Both the position numbers and the translations under genes were made by a program. From the NCBI RefSeq assembly GCF_036321535.1, contig NC_087437.1, forward strand, positions 16,680,001 to 16,744,000: DNA of 64,000 bases, given 5' to 3'. This stretch comes from Camelus dromedarius (taxonomy: Eukaryota). Below the pieces are notes generated by a model. That model searched no databases. It saw nothing but the letters and a program-made list of their open reading frames with translations, and was not told the origin of the DNA. This document shows positions 36,651 through 50,100 of the stretch, one piece after another; positions within the stretch are counted from its first letter, which is position 1; every line of letters starts with the position of its first letter.

Positions 36651-38599
36651 CTTTCCTAGCCCCCCCACCTCCCCAGCACCCCTATTATGATATTGAATGA
36701 ATTTTTTTCTGCTGAGATTGTGGCTACAGAGCCCCACTGGAGGTGGTGATTCAGACTTGTGCCCCAGTGGTTGTTTTACTTTGTTTGGTACTACTCTTGA
36801 GCCTACAGGACCACAGTCTTTTGCCTGAAGTTGTCTTACAGGCAGACAAGTGTTTCGTACGCTCTTCCAGTGGGCAAGCTCAGAGATTTGCTGGATCAGT
36901 GCAAAAGTGAGCCAGTGGTCTTATCTGTGATACGACTTCATCTAGGATACATTAAAGCTGATTAAATAGAGCAGATCCATTGAATCAATAAATAAGATTT
37001 TAAAGCTGTATCTAGGATGGGAACAAAGAAATGGGGAAACAGTGGGTTCTGTTGAGGGACACAGGTAAAAACTGTGAAGGTTTTCAGCTCAAAATAATCT
37101 GCATTTCCTTCTTGCCCATAGATATTTCTATTGGATATTTGCCCTGTTCCCCTTCCCCAATTGAATTTCAGAGTGCTCCGCAGCATCTAACATTTCATAT
37201 ATTAAGTAAATACATTGAATTTCTATGTTATGCTGTGCACTGGCTCTACTTTGGGGTTATAAGGATGAGTAAATTGCAGTGGCTTTCTGACTCATCTCTG
37301 CTTCTGCCTCTGTGATCCATCACACTGCCACCTGAATCCCATCATCCCCCTTCCTGAGAAACTGTAGCAGGCTATAAATGCTTAATAAATATTCTGTGAA
37401 TGGAAATTACTCGTTTCTTCTGTTCAGAGAATCTTTGCACTGAGTCTTTGTATTTATGTTTCCTCCAAATCAAATCTTGTATTTCACACTTCCATTAATT
37501 TTTTCTTGTCCTGATTTTCACAGCTCTTCCACATTTAGAATCTTCTGCATTTTCCATTTCCCTCCTGTTGATTTAATCTCATAGGTCACTTGTTCCAAAA
37601 AAAAAAAATTAAGCTTTGTACTTGGTTTTATGGCATGTCTTGTACAATATAGTTCTATTTCTGGATATGATGCCATTTGTGAATATGCTTTTAATTATGT
37701 CCCAGTCAGTTTTAAGGTTGAACAAGCTCATTGTCTTAATTATGCTTATAAAGTTTGGTAATACACTTACAGTCTGAAATTCAGTTAGGTAGCCTTAACA
37801 TTATTCATTGGTTCTTGAGTCTAACTTTTAAATTTTACTCCATTAACTTATCTGTTATGATTTCCTTTTATATGGCTATTTCGTGTGTCACAATTTCATC
37901 ATTCATTAATAAATTTATTAGGTTTTCAAGCTTTCTAAAGCACAGAATTGGGGTTAAAAAGAAACCTTTTTGTTTTTTCTATCCAGGTTACTGGAGTGAC
38001 TTCAGGGTTCTATAGATTTATGTCTTCTCTTCCTTCCTTTCTTCTGTCCTTCCATCCTTCCTGTCTTTTTCTTATGCCAGTAAAATTTGAGACAATTCCT
38101 TCCCTAGGAGTCAAGAAATCTGGGGTTATGGCAGGGACTCAGGTACTGACTATCCCCGCTCCTTTAGCTTTAATATGGACGTGGTGTAGGACAGATGGAC
38201 TTTGATAAAAATTAAATAAGATAGTGCATTTATGTGCTTAGCACAATATCTAGCGTATAAGTACTTTTAAAACTGATGATGTAATAATATTAGTCTTCCC
38301 TTTGCAAGCCCAATACAAGAAGGGTCAGTCAACATAGCAGCATGACTACCTCTCCCCTAACCCTACACACACACATTTCCCCTGCATCTAAGGAATACAA
38401 GCCCAAGATAAGGATCCTCAAAGAGGAAGCATGCCTAGTTCTTCTTGCTCTCATTATCTGCTGATGATGGTAGCAGGAATTCCTGCAGAGGGTGGTCGTG
38501 CCTGATGTATGACCATTCCCTCAGCTCGGCCAGTGGAGGCCTACAGAGGGTGTTCTTACTCGGAACTCACCAGTTAATTTTTCGTAAATGATACTCCTT

Positions 38600-39220
38600 C
38601 ATATATATGGTTATTAAAATACACTTTTAGATGTTCTGAAGACAGAGAGTATAATCATGGGAGAAAGTGGTTGAGACAGGGTAGAAAACAAGATCAGCAT
38701 ATTTATCATTGTGGAGAAAAGGACCAAGAAACTTAGAGGCCAGGATATCAGATGGATTATCTGGTTGGATGTTGAAATCAATAAGAATTATCATAGAAAT
38801 AGTGTTGGAGTGACTGCGAACTAAAGGCTAAAATCAAGCAATGAAAGGGAGTGACCTTGGGGAGCCTTAAATACTGCAGTTAAAGAAGGGTAGTGGGTGG
38901 TAGAGTCTAATGGTATATGACTTCAGAGCAGGGGATTTGGGGAGAGGGGAGAGGGAGAATGGAGTGGAAGTAACAATGAGGAACAGGAAGGACGCCTACC
39001 AGGCCTCATGTTTGAAAGATGTGGAAGAGAAAAAGAGGCATCATCTAAGGGCTACAGGGAAGCATCCTCAGGGGACAGTCCAGTTTCGGTTTAAATAAGA
39101 AGGTAAAGGAAGTTGAAGAAAGCTGCAGAGAAGAGGTTTGGGATCTGGGGATTTTGTTGTTATCTACCCATGAGTCCCACAAGGCTCAGCTGGAAGAGTT
39201 AGGATTTCAGGAGCTAGGAT
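38600..39220 (-). mobile_element. L2 internal (endonuclease-region-like) fragment
   Basis: Purine-rich antisense L2-like sequence (GGATGTTGAAATCA...GGTATATGACTTCAGAG). Confidence 0.55.
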
Positions 39221-39239
39221 AGAGGCTTGGGGTCCATCA

Positions 39240-41500
39240 TCATCATCTCTCCCTTGCATATATCCTCAGTTCCTTTGCCTCTCTCTCACTTCAGCACCCT
39301 TGCTTGGCTAAACCACAGCACTGATTAAATCCCATTCTTTGCCCTGTACCATGCCTGTAAAAATCATGCTTCTGAGCTTATGTTAAATTAATGCTCATAA
39401 CCCCAAGTGGACCCGGAATGTTGCCTGGCAGTTGTACTAAGTTTCCCCAGTCATTTTCTCTGTTTCGTCTCCTCCTAGGAGATTATTGCATGTCTTCAGT
39501 CTCCTTACATGTTCACCATCTCCTCCTCACTCCTCACTTTCAACTGATGATCTTGCTTCCTAATTCAGAAAAGGAATAGGAGAAAAAGTGCTTTCACAAG
39601 CTTTCGCCACCATACTTACCCACTACTTGCAGTAATATCCATATACTCCGCTTTCTCTCCTGTTATTGTGAAAGAACTAACCAAAGTGCTTCATAATTCT
39701 TTCTCTTATAGCAGTTTTACCCTCTTCTGAATCATTGTCTTATACATGAAAATATTTCCCCCGTCTTAAAAATAATCCTCCTTGACTCGACTTTCCCCTC
39801 TGTTGCCCTATTTCACTTAAACTTCACAGGAAAACTTCTTGGAAGAGTTGACTGAGTTCTGTTGCTAGTTTTTCTCTTCCCATTCTTTCTTGTACTCAAG
39901 CCAGTCAGATTTCTGTTCCCATAATTCCATCAAAACATCTGTCATTTCTGAATACTTATCTGACAACATTCAGGAGCCAAGTTAACCACTCTTTCCTCTT
40001 CTAAACACCTTTTTCACTTTATACTAAAATGCTTGTCAAGAACTATGCAGGACCTAATATTTTGCCCTATTTGTAAGCTAACAAGTTAGCTTGCCAGTTT
40101 TGAGAGTGGTGGTAGAAAACAGAAGACTTCTGGATCAGAGACAAAAGACAGCTTATTACTTACAGCAATAGAGTAGCCTGAGTAGGAGTATTTTTATACT
40201 GATTCCCTGAGGCCCAGTTACCTCTGAGGCAATGTGGGTGGGGCCAGACTACACCTGCACACGTGGTGGCTTGTTTTACTAGAAAGGAACATGACCTTAG
40301 AGAGCCCAAATCTTTTATGATGGGCAATAAGCATACCTTCTCTTTGTTCCAGGGGGAAACATGTTTATTGTACTGGACAGTGACCCTTTGCTCCAGAGCA
40401 AGACAGTATCAAGTCTTCCAAGGCTGTTTGTTACACATTCTTGAAAAACTAGTCCAGAAGTATCATATCATATAAAAATAACACTGACTATCAAGACAGG
40501 CAGCAGTGCCTTGCTTGCAGTGTGTACAGAAACACAGGAGACCCTTGGAGAACTTGTCATGGTTCCCCCTTCTCTTACTACTTCTTTTCAGTCTTTTCTG
40601 CTGATTTCCTCTTCACTTCTCCAAACTCTAGATCTGGGCTGTCCAGTACTATAGCCGCTAGCTCATGTAGCTATTTAAATTAAATTTTCAATTATTCAGT
40701 TACATTACCCATATTTCAAGTGCTCAGTAGCCACATGTGGGGAGTGATTGAATGGCACAGATATATAAATATTTCATCATCTTACAGAGTTCTATTGGAC
40801 AGCGCTCCTCTGCATGTTTGAGTGCCCCTAGGCTCAGCCTTTGGATGTTTCCTTCTATGTTCTATTCCTATATAGAAATGTAGATTTCTATAGAATCTTA
40901 GAAACTAAGATTTATTATAGAATAAATATTTCTGTATGTTTCTTCCTCTTTTCTTTCTGCATTCCCCGCCTTGGTGATTTCATCTAGTCTCTTAAGTTGG
41001 TATCAGCCTAAATCTCTCCCCAGAAATCCAGACTCAGGTCTCTAACAGCATTCTGCATGTCTTTACGCGAGTGTCTAATGGGCATCTCAAAAGTAATGCC
41101 CAAAACAGAACTACTGATCTTTCTAGACACTATCACTCCTGTTCCCACCAACACATCTGCTCTCCCTGCAGTTTTCCCAGTCTCAGTTAAGTCAGTTCTC
41201 TTCCTCCAGTTGTTGAGGCAAACAAACAACAACGGTTAAAAAAAATCAACCTTAGATTCATCCTCAACCTCCTTTTTCCCCACAAAACTCATACATCTGA
41301 CCCACAGGCTCTTGTTTCAAAATACATCCAGAGTCTGACTTCTCACCCTTCCTCTGCTACCACCTGGTCCAAGCCAGCATCATCTTTTCCTGAATTAGCC
41401 CAGGCAAATTTAGCCCCCTTTTTCGTCTCCCTGCCTCTGTGCCTGCCCCTGTAGTCTGTTCTCAGAGCCTTTATAGTTGGTGTTCCTTCTGCCTCTCCCT
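39240..41500 (+). mobile_element. L2 fragments interrupted by an LTR and a MER3-like MITE
   Basis: TCCTCAGTTCCTTTGCCTCTCTCTC...GATGATCTTGCTTCC...GTCTAATGGGCATCTCAAA; MER3-like at about 40635-40806. Confidence 0.7.
40034..40560. mobile_element. ERV solo LTR (MER21-like)
   Basis: TGTCAAGAAC...GTAAGCTAACAAGTTAGC...GGATCAGAGACAAAAGAC...TTATTACTTACAGC. Confidence 0.65.
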
Positions 41501-44500
41501 CACCTACCCACCTCCACATGCATGCTTTTCCCCTTATGATACTGATTTATTGAAGAGACCAGGCCAGTTTCTTACAGAATGAGCCCCATTATGAATTTCT
41601 CTGTTTACTCATGGTGGTGTGTAACTTATTTCTCTATTGCCTGTATTTCCTATAAGTGGACATGAAATCTAAAAATTTAATTAAAGCTAAATATTTTGGG
41701 CAAGAAAACCATAAATGATACTTTAGTCTCCATATTGCACTGTACTGGGAGTTACACATTATCTGATTATCCCACCACTAGTGATGCTAAGTTTAACTAA
41801 GGTGTTAAGGTGGTGACTTTCACATCCCTCCACTATACATTTATATTTTTACCTTCGTGAATGATTAAATAATCTGAAGGGTGAATGTGATTTTTTTTAA
41901 TCCTGTGATTTTAAAAATACTTTTAGCTATAGAAATCTGTTTTTTCAAGTGAAACATTTTTTATAGATCCATCCAATATATAAAACAGATAACAGCAGAG
42001 CTATTCTGGTTGCTATGGGAAACGGCTCGTTTTGGCAGCTTCCAAGGGAACTCTGACAAGCTCAGTGTGTAATTCACAGAGCGCAGCCAAACGCTTGAGG
42101 AAACGGAGGCCCAGAGAGAATACAAGCCTTAGGCCACCTAGCATTCCACAAGACAGACTCAGTGCACTTTTTGTTGGAGCAGAGTTTGGGGAGCTCTGTC
42201 GCTTCCTTGAAACGCTGTGGTTGTGGGTGATCACTAGAGTAGCGCTGGTTTTCCCCTGGCAGTCCACCCACTATTTTTAGTTGTCTGAGTGCTTTCTTTG
42301 ACATTCTGTCTGTTCTGCAGATGTGAAGATTTGAAATTACTTCATTTTTAGTGTGTGTTGGGCTGCAGTCTTCTTTTTTTGTTTCCCGTTTGGAAATTCT
42401 TCATCCACAAAGAATTCCAGATTCAGACATTATTCATCTTATGTCTGGAACACTAAAATCTCATGAGCTTCCATGTGTCTTACCTCTTTCCACCTTTAGA
42501 ATACTCAAAATGTTGCCACAGCTGAAGTCAGTTTTATTATTTGCTTGCTTCTTGCTTCCTTTCTGCACCTTACTTATCGTACACCCTTAATGTACCTTAG
42601 TAGAAAATTGAATAAGTAATTTGGTATATCCACAAAATGTATATCAGATTTTTATACATTTTGGTATAGACTTTTATTTTCATGAAAAGATGTTTCCCTA
42701 TATTAAGTGGAAAAGGCAGGTATCAAACTTTAATTCTCACTTTTGTTAAAAAATAATAATAAATATTCAAAAAAATCCCCAGGTCTGTGTATGTTTATGT
42801 GTATGTTGAAAGTCAAAAAGGACAAAAATGTTCATATTGATACTATCTCTGGGTGTGATCTTTATTTTCCTCTTTGTATTTTCCTCTCTCTCTTTTTTTT
42901 CAGCAGTCATATTTTATTTCTACAGTCATTACTTTTATAAAGATTAAAACTGTCGTTTTAAAAAATAAGCAGTAACTTTGATCTGTTATATCCAAGCCAC
43001 TCTGAAGGCAATTCCAGGTTCCTCCACAGCCTCCTGCCATTCATGTCATCCTTTGGGATTTTCCCCTGTTCTCTTATCGTTCCACTCAAGCAAGTTTTCC
43101 CCTGACCCATGCTTCTGTTTATTTCACCCCAGGTTCCTGGTCATCTCCTAGAATTGTCCACTTGGCTCTGAAGGGCTTCTCTACTCACTTGTGCCCAAGT
43201 GAACTTGTCAGGGAGGGAAGGGAGGATGTAGAAATTATGTTCTAAAAGGAACTGTCACTAGAATGTGATCTCTGTCAAGGCCCAGAAGTGCCCCAGTAAG
43301 TACCTACTGAATGAATTGATCTATTATTTTTTGTCCCATTTCTTTTATCTTCTAAGTTCCTATAGTCAGGAGCTTTGTTTTTATAGTGCCCTAAACATTT
43401 TGGGTATTTAATGTATATTAATGAATAGTCTTTTTTTTTTAAGATTCACAATTTACTTAATAAAAGTGAATTTAGGACCTGTTGTCACCTTGGACCAAAT
43501 TTGTGCTTGCACAGAGATACAGAAAAGCACAGGATTTAAAGATAAATTTACATTCAGATCATACTCGTAGATTTGTGATCATGGGTAGTCACTTATGCCT
43601 CTGAGCTGCCTTCATTTGTAGCTTCACTGATTCTTTTCTGGACTCTTTCTGCAGAGCCTTTCTAGCTGGTCTGCCTGGCTTTATTCTTGCTTCCCCAACT
43701 GTGTCCTCCGCAGTGCTACACAGTGATACACCCACCGTGTAAATCTGACCACGTCCCTACCGCCCCCCACTGAAACCTCTCGGGCTCTTGAATGCTAGGT
43801 TGCCTCTGCCCCACCCCTTTAGCTGTAGCACCTAGAAGCCTCTCTTCAAACTTGACACTGGAATAATACCAAACTCCTGGTAGCTCCTGATACCTCCCAG
43901 GCCACTTACTGCCTTGCTCTGTTTGTCCACAAGGCATCTTCCCTTTATTTCTGCAGCCAACTACTATTCTACTCCAGGCTGGGCTTGGCAGTCCTCCTCT
44001 CTGGGATGCCCTCCTTGATATAAAAGATATATTCTCTGCCCACTCACACTGTAAGCTGTTTGAAGCAAATTTATAGAATTTGTAGTTCCCTAGTCTTAAA
44101 GGGTATCTGGCTTATAGTAGCATTCAAATGCTCCTTAAACTGTGTGGTATATATGTTCTTCTAAACCATCCAAATGATTTTTATTTATAGAATGTGGTTT
44201 CGTTTTTATGTGATTTCCTCCAAAATAAGAAAAAGGCTTAGAAAAGAAAAATACGTGAATTAAAGTAACTTAAGATACTACCAGCAGATAGAGACGACTA
44301 TTGATGTTTTGGAATATATAGTAGGGAATTTTTTTAAATTATAAAATGGTCAAAGTTTAACTTCCTAATTTTCCTTTTGGAGTCAGTACTCAGAGAAATC
44401 AGTAACTTTGCAAATTATATGCATTAAAAATTAATAGCCAGTTCATTGTGCTTTCCACATCAAATAATACAAAGCAGTTCTCTAGTAAAGTATAGCTTTT

Positions 44501-45488
44501 TCCTAATTCAAACCGAGAAAGAACTTTTCACTTTTCTTATGTTCCTTAGACCCTAAAGCCATCTTCTGTCCTGTTTTTCCAGAAGAGAAGGCGAATACCA
44601 GTGAGGGAAATGACTTGACCAACTTACTGAGCTGGTCAGTGCCGAAGCTGGGACAAGGAGCCCCTGACTGCCCACCTGGTGCTTTTCCCCTCAGCCACAT
44701 TTCCTGTTTCTCCACTGGAGTAAAGGTAAAAATAAGTTTTTAAGAGCTTCCTTCTTCCCTTATGCTCAAATTAGGCCTGCTGCTGAGATATTCTTACTTT
44801 ACTTCTGGTCTCATTAAGACATTAGCCCTAAACCTAAAGCATTAATTGTTCTTTCATGTTCATATATATGGTTTCTATGAGCATCAGAAAAATCTTCCCT
44901 TCTAGGTGATTTCTTAATTTATCTTCTCAACTATTTTTGAAGTGAACACACAAAATATTCCAGGTTTCCTTTTTTTTATCCTGCAAGTAGTTCTATGGTA
45001 TATGTTTTTGTATTTCTCTAAATTGTTCTCATGGGATCAGTTTCCATACTGAGTCATCCACCACAGAGTGCCTGTGTTTTCCAGGCAAACTAATAGTTTT
45101 ATTATTTCTGAATGACTCATTCCTTCTGAATCAACACACCTCCTATACTCTGTTAAATATAAAGTTTCAGGCACTTTTCTACAGTTTTTCCTCTTCTTAG
45201 TCTTCAGATGTCTCATCTGAGTGACAAAGTTATTCAACCACTTTTTTCTTGCGTCTGCAGTTTATCTGAATCATTTTCTTCTTGAATCCTTTCATCATTT
45301 GAGATAAGCCGTGGAAGTTCTTTACCTCATACCCTCTGCTCCAGATGTTTCCTGAAATAGAACACATAAATAGCAACATAGAAAATATGTGTAACACCAT
45401 TTTCTGTTTTCCATTATTACATTTATGTTGTTTAAGCTTTTACTAGCTTCCCAAAATTCTCTGTGAAATTATAAAAGTATAGCCTTAG

Positions 45489-45581
45489 AGGGGAGGATAT
45501 AGTGGTAGAGCGGGTGCTTGGCATGCATGAGGTCCTGGGTCCAATACCTAGTACTTACATTTAAAAAAATTTTTTTAAATG
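45489..45581 (+). mobile_element. Short tRNA-derived SINE (Vic-1-like)
   Basis: tRNA-like head with a deletion in the A box; TSD AAAAGTATAGCYTTAG at 45473-45488 and 45582-45597. Confidence 0.85.
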
Positions 45582-45934
45582 AAAAGTATAGCTTTAGTGT
45601 CTGTTGGTACATGGAATCATTGGAATTCAGCATTTTAGAAGAATGTAGCACTTTCTTCCCTTGACTTCCGTGTCATATTTGGCTGGTTCTCTTTCTTCCC
45701 TTTGAAAATTCATGCTTTTTCTCCTTCCTTGCATCTTTCTTCTCACCCCGTACATGCCAGCCTTCCTCAGAGTTTTGTCCTTGACTCTTTTCTCACCTTA
45801 TGCACATTCAATCTTGTTCACTATTGTGGCTTTTTTTTTTATTGAATGGAATATTCTTTAAATTTTATAGTGATTTACAATTTTCAGAAGTTTCACACAC
45901 ATGATTTCAACTAATCCAAAAATAACCCTTTTTT

Positions 45935-46197
45935 AAAATCCCCTACCCCTCTATTTTTTCCCCTCCCCCTTCCCTCTCTGCAGTGATAACCACTAGTTTG
46001 TTCTCTATATCTGTGTCTGCTTCTTTTTTTGTTTTACTCACCAGTTTGTTGTTTTTTACATTCCACATATAAGTGATATCATGCAGTATTTGTCTTTCTC
46101 TAACTGACTTAGTTCACTCAACCTAATGCCGTCCAAGTCCATCCATATTGCTGCAAATGGCAAAATTTCATTCTTTTTTATGGATGAGTAGTATTCC

Positions 46198-46239
<42 letters not shown>

Positions 46240-46570
46240 ATATTACATATATATATTATCACATCCTCTCTATTCATCCATCTGTTGATGGACATTTAGG
46301 TAGCTTCCATACCTTGGCAAATTTAAATAATGCTGCTGTGAACATCTTTTTGAATTAATGTGGGGTTTTTTGGTGGGTTGGTTTTTTTTTTTGGATATAT
46401 ACCCAGGAGTGGAATTGCTGGGTCATATGGTAGTTCTACTTCTAGGTTTTTGAGAGACCTCCATAATGTTTTCCACAGTGGCTGCACCAATTTACATTCC
46501 CACCAACAGTGTAGGAAGGTTCCCTCTTCTCCACATTATCACCAACATTTGTTATGTGTGTTAATTTTTT
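45935..46570 (-). mobile_element. 5'-truncated L1 3' fragment containing a (GT)n/(AT)n tract
   Basis: EYYSSIKKNEILPFAAIWMDL...EKDKYCMISLICG and [12 protein letters not shown]1 3' signatures. Confidence 0.9.
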
Positions 46571-46609
46571 AAATAAATATGTTTATAAGTATAACTCCTT
46601 TACTTTTTT

Positions 46610-47078
46610 AAACTTTTTATTGAAGCATAGTTAATTTACAATGTTGTATTAGTTTTTGGTGTACAGCATAGTGATTCAGTTACATATATATATATTTTCT
46701 TTTTCATATTCTTTTTCATTACAAGTTACTACAAGCCATTGAATATAGTTCCCTTTGCTATACAGTAGGATCTTGTTTTTTATCTATTTGGGACACAGTA
46801 GTTTGCATCTGCCAATCCCACACTCCCAATTTACCCCTCCCTCCTCCCTTTCCCCCTGGTAACCATAAGTTTGTTTTCTATGTCTGTGAGTCTCTTTCTG
46901 TTTTGTAAATAAGTTCATTTGTGTCATTTTTCTTAGATTCCACATGTAAGTGATATCATATGTTATTTGTCTTTCTCTGTCTGACTTACTTCACTTAGTA
47001 TGACAATCTCCAGGTTCATCCATGTTGCTACAAATGGCATTATTTCATTCCTTTTTATGGCTTATTAGTACTCCATTG

Positions 47079-47117
<39 letters not shown>

Positions 47118-50100
47118 GTACCACAACATCTTTATCCAGTCATCTGTCAGTGGACATTTAGGTTGTTTCCATTTCTTAACTATTGTAAATAGTGCTGCTA
47201 TGAACATTGAAGTACATGTATCTTTTAGAATTAAGAGTTTTCTCCAGATATGCCCAAGAGTAGGATTGCTGGATCCTCTGTTTTTAGTTTTTTAAGGAAC
47301 CTCTATACTGTTCTCCATAGTGGCTGCACCAATTTACATTACCACCAACAGTGTATGTAGAAAGGTTACTTTTTCTCCACACCCTCTCCAGCATTTATTA
47401 TTTGTAGCCTTTTTGATGATGGCCATTCTGAACATGTGGGGTGATAACCTCATTGTAGTTTTGATTTGCATTTCTCAAATAATTAGTGATGTTCAACATC
47501 TTTTCATGTGCCTGTTAGCCATTTGTATATCTTCTTTGAAGAAATGTCTATTTAGATCTTCTGCCCAGTTTTTGATTGGGTTGTTTGGTTTTTTTAATAT
47601 TGAGCTGTGTGAGCTGCTTATAAATTTTGGAAATTAATCCCTTATCGGTTACATCATTTTCAAATATTTTCTCCCATTCCTTAGGTTGTCTTTTTGTTTT
47701 GTTAATGGTTTCCTTTGCTGTGCAAAAGCTTTTAAGTTTAATTAGGTCCCATTTGTTATTTTTGTTTTTATTTCCATTGCTTTAGGAGATGGATCCAAAA
47801 AAAATTACTGGAAAAATACAGTTCTGCCTGTGTTTTTCTCTAGGAGTTTCATAGTATCTGGTCTTAGATTTAGGTCTTCAATCCATTTTGATTTTGTTTC
47901 TATATATGGTGTTAGAGAATGTTCTCATTTCATTCTTTCACATGTAGCTGTCCAGTTTTTCCAGCACTATGTCTTGAAGAGACTGTCTTTTCTCCATCAT
48001 ATATTCTTGCCTCCTTTTTCATAGATTAATTGACAAAAAAAGCATGGGTTTATTTCTGGAATTCCTACCTTGTTCCATTGATCTATATGTCTGTTTTTGT
48101 ACTAGTACTATGCTGTTTTGATTACTGTAGCTTTTGCAGTATACTCTGAAGTCAGGGAGCCTATTTCCTGCAGCTCCATTCTTTGTTCTCAAGATTGTTT
48201 TGGCTATTCAGGTCTTTTCTGTTATCATACAGATTTTATAATTTTTTGTTCTAGTTCTGTGAAAAATGTCATTGATAGTTTAATAGGGATTGCACTGAAT
48301 CTGTAGATTTCATTGGCTAGTATGGTCGTATGGTCATTTTAACAATAATGATTCTTCCAATCCCAAAACATGTTGTATCTTTTCATCTCTTTGTGTCGTC
48401 TTCAGTTTCATTCATCAGCATCTTACAGTTTTTGGAATCCAGGTCTTTTGCCTCCTTGGGTAAGTTTATTTCTAGATATTTTATTATTTTTGATGTGATG
48501 GTAAATGGGACTGCATCTTAATTTCTGTTTCTGATAGTTCATTGTTAGTGTACAGAAATGCGACAGATTACTGTGTGTTAATTTTGTATCCTGCAACTTT
48601 ACCAAATTCATTGATGAGCTCTAGTAATTTTCTGGTAGCATCTTTAGGATTTTGTATGTGTAGTATCATGTCATCTGCAAACAGTGACAGTTTTACTTCT
48701 TTTCCAATTTGGAATCCTTTTATTTATTTTCTTCTCTGATTGCTGTGGCTAGGACTTCCGAACCAACATTCTTGTCTTGTTCCTGATCTTAGAGGAAATG
48801 CTTTCGTTTTTCACTGTTGAGTTTGGTATTAACTGTGGGTTTGTCATATATGGTGTTCATTATGTTGAAGTATGCTCCCTCTATGCTCACTTTCTGGAGA
48901 GTTTTTATCATAAATAGATGTTGAATGTTAACAAAAGCTTTTTCTGCATCTATTGAGATGATCATATGGTTTTTATTCTTTACATTGTTACTGTGTTATA
49001 GTAAATTGATTGATTTGCAGATAGTGAAAAATCCTGGCATCCCTGGGATAAACCCCACTTGATCATGGTGTATGATCTTTCTAATATATTGTTGGAGTCA
49101 GTTTGCTAGTATTTGGTGAGGATTTGTACATCCATGTTCATCAATGATATTGATCTGTAATATTCTTTTTTTGTGTGATATCTTTGCCTGGTTTTGGTAT
49201 CAGGGTGATGGTGACCTCATAGAATGAGTTTGGAAGTGTTCCTTCTTCTGCAATTTTTTGGAATAGTTTCAGAAAGATAGGTGTTAACTAAATGTTTGGT
49301 AGAATTTGCCCGTAAAGCCATCTGGTCCTGGACTTTTGGTTGTTGGGAGTTTTTAAATTACTGATTCAATTGCAGTACTGGTAATTGGTCTATTTATATT
49401 CTCTATTCCTGGTTCAGTCTTCAGAGATTGTACCTGTCTAAGAATCTGTGCTTTTCTTTTAGGTTGTCCATTTTATTGGCATATAGTTGTTCATAGTAGT
49501 CTCTTATGATCCTTTGTTTTTCTGTGATGTCAGTTGTAACTTCCCCTTTTTCATTTCTGATTTTATTGATTTGGGCCCTCTCCCTTTTTTTCTTGATGAG
49601 TCTGGCTGAAGGTTTATCAATTTAGTTTATCTTTTCAGAGGACCAGCTTTTAGTTTCATTGATCTTTTCTATTTTTTTAAGTCTCTATTTCATTTATTTC
49701 TGCACTGATCTTTATGATTTCTTTCCTTCTACTAACTTTGAGTTTCATTTGTTCTTTTCGAGTTGCTTCAGTTGTAAAGTTAGGTTGTTCACTTGAGATG
49801 TTTCTTGTTTCCTGAAACTTCCCTCTTAGAACTGCTTTTGCTTTCTCCCTTAGGTTTTGAATCATTGTGTTTTCCTTTTCATTTGTCTCTTAAGTCTTTT
49901 TAAATTTCTTCTTCAATTTCTTCAGTAATCCATTGGTTATTTAGTAGCAAGAATATTGTTTAGCCTTCACATGTTTGTAGTTTTTGCAGTTTTTTTTCTT
50001 GTAGTTGATTTCTAATCTGATAGCGTTGTGGTCAGAAAAGATGCTTAATATTATTTCAATTTTCTTAAATTTACTGAAGCTTATTTTGTGGCCTAGCATG

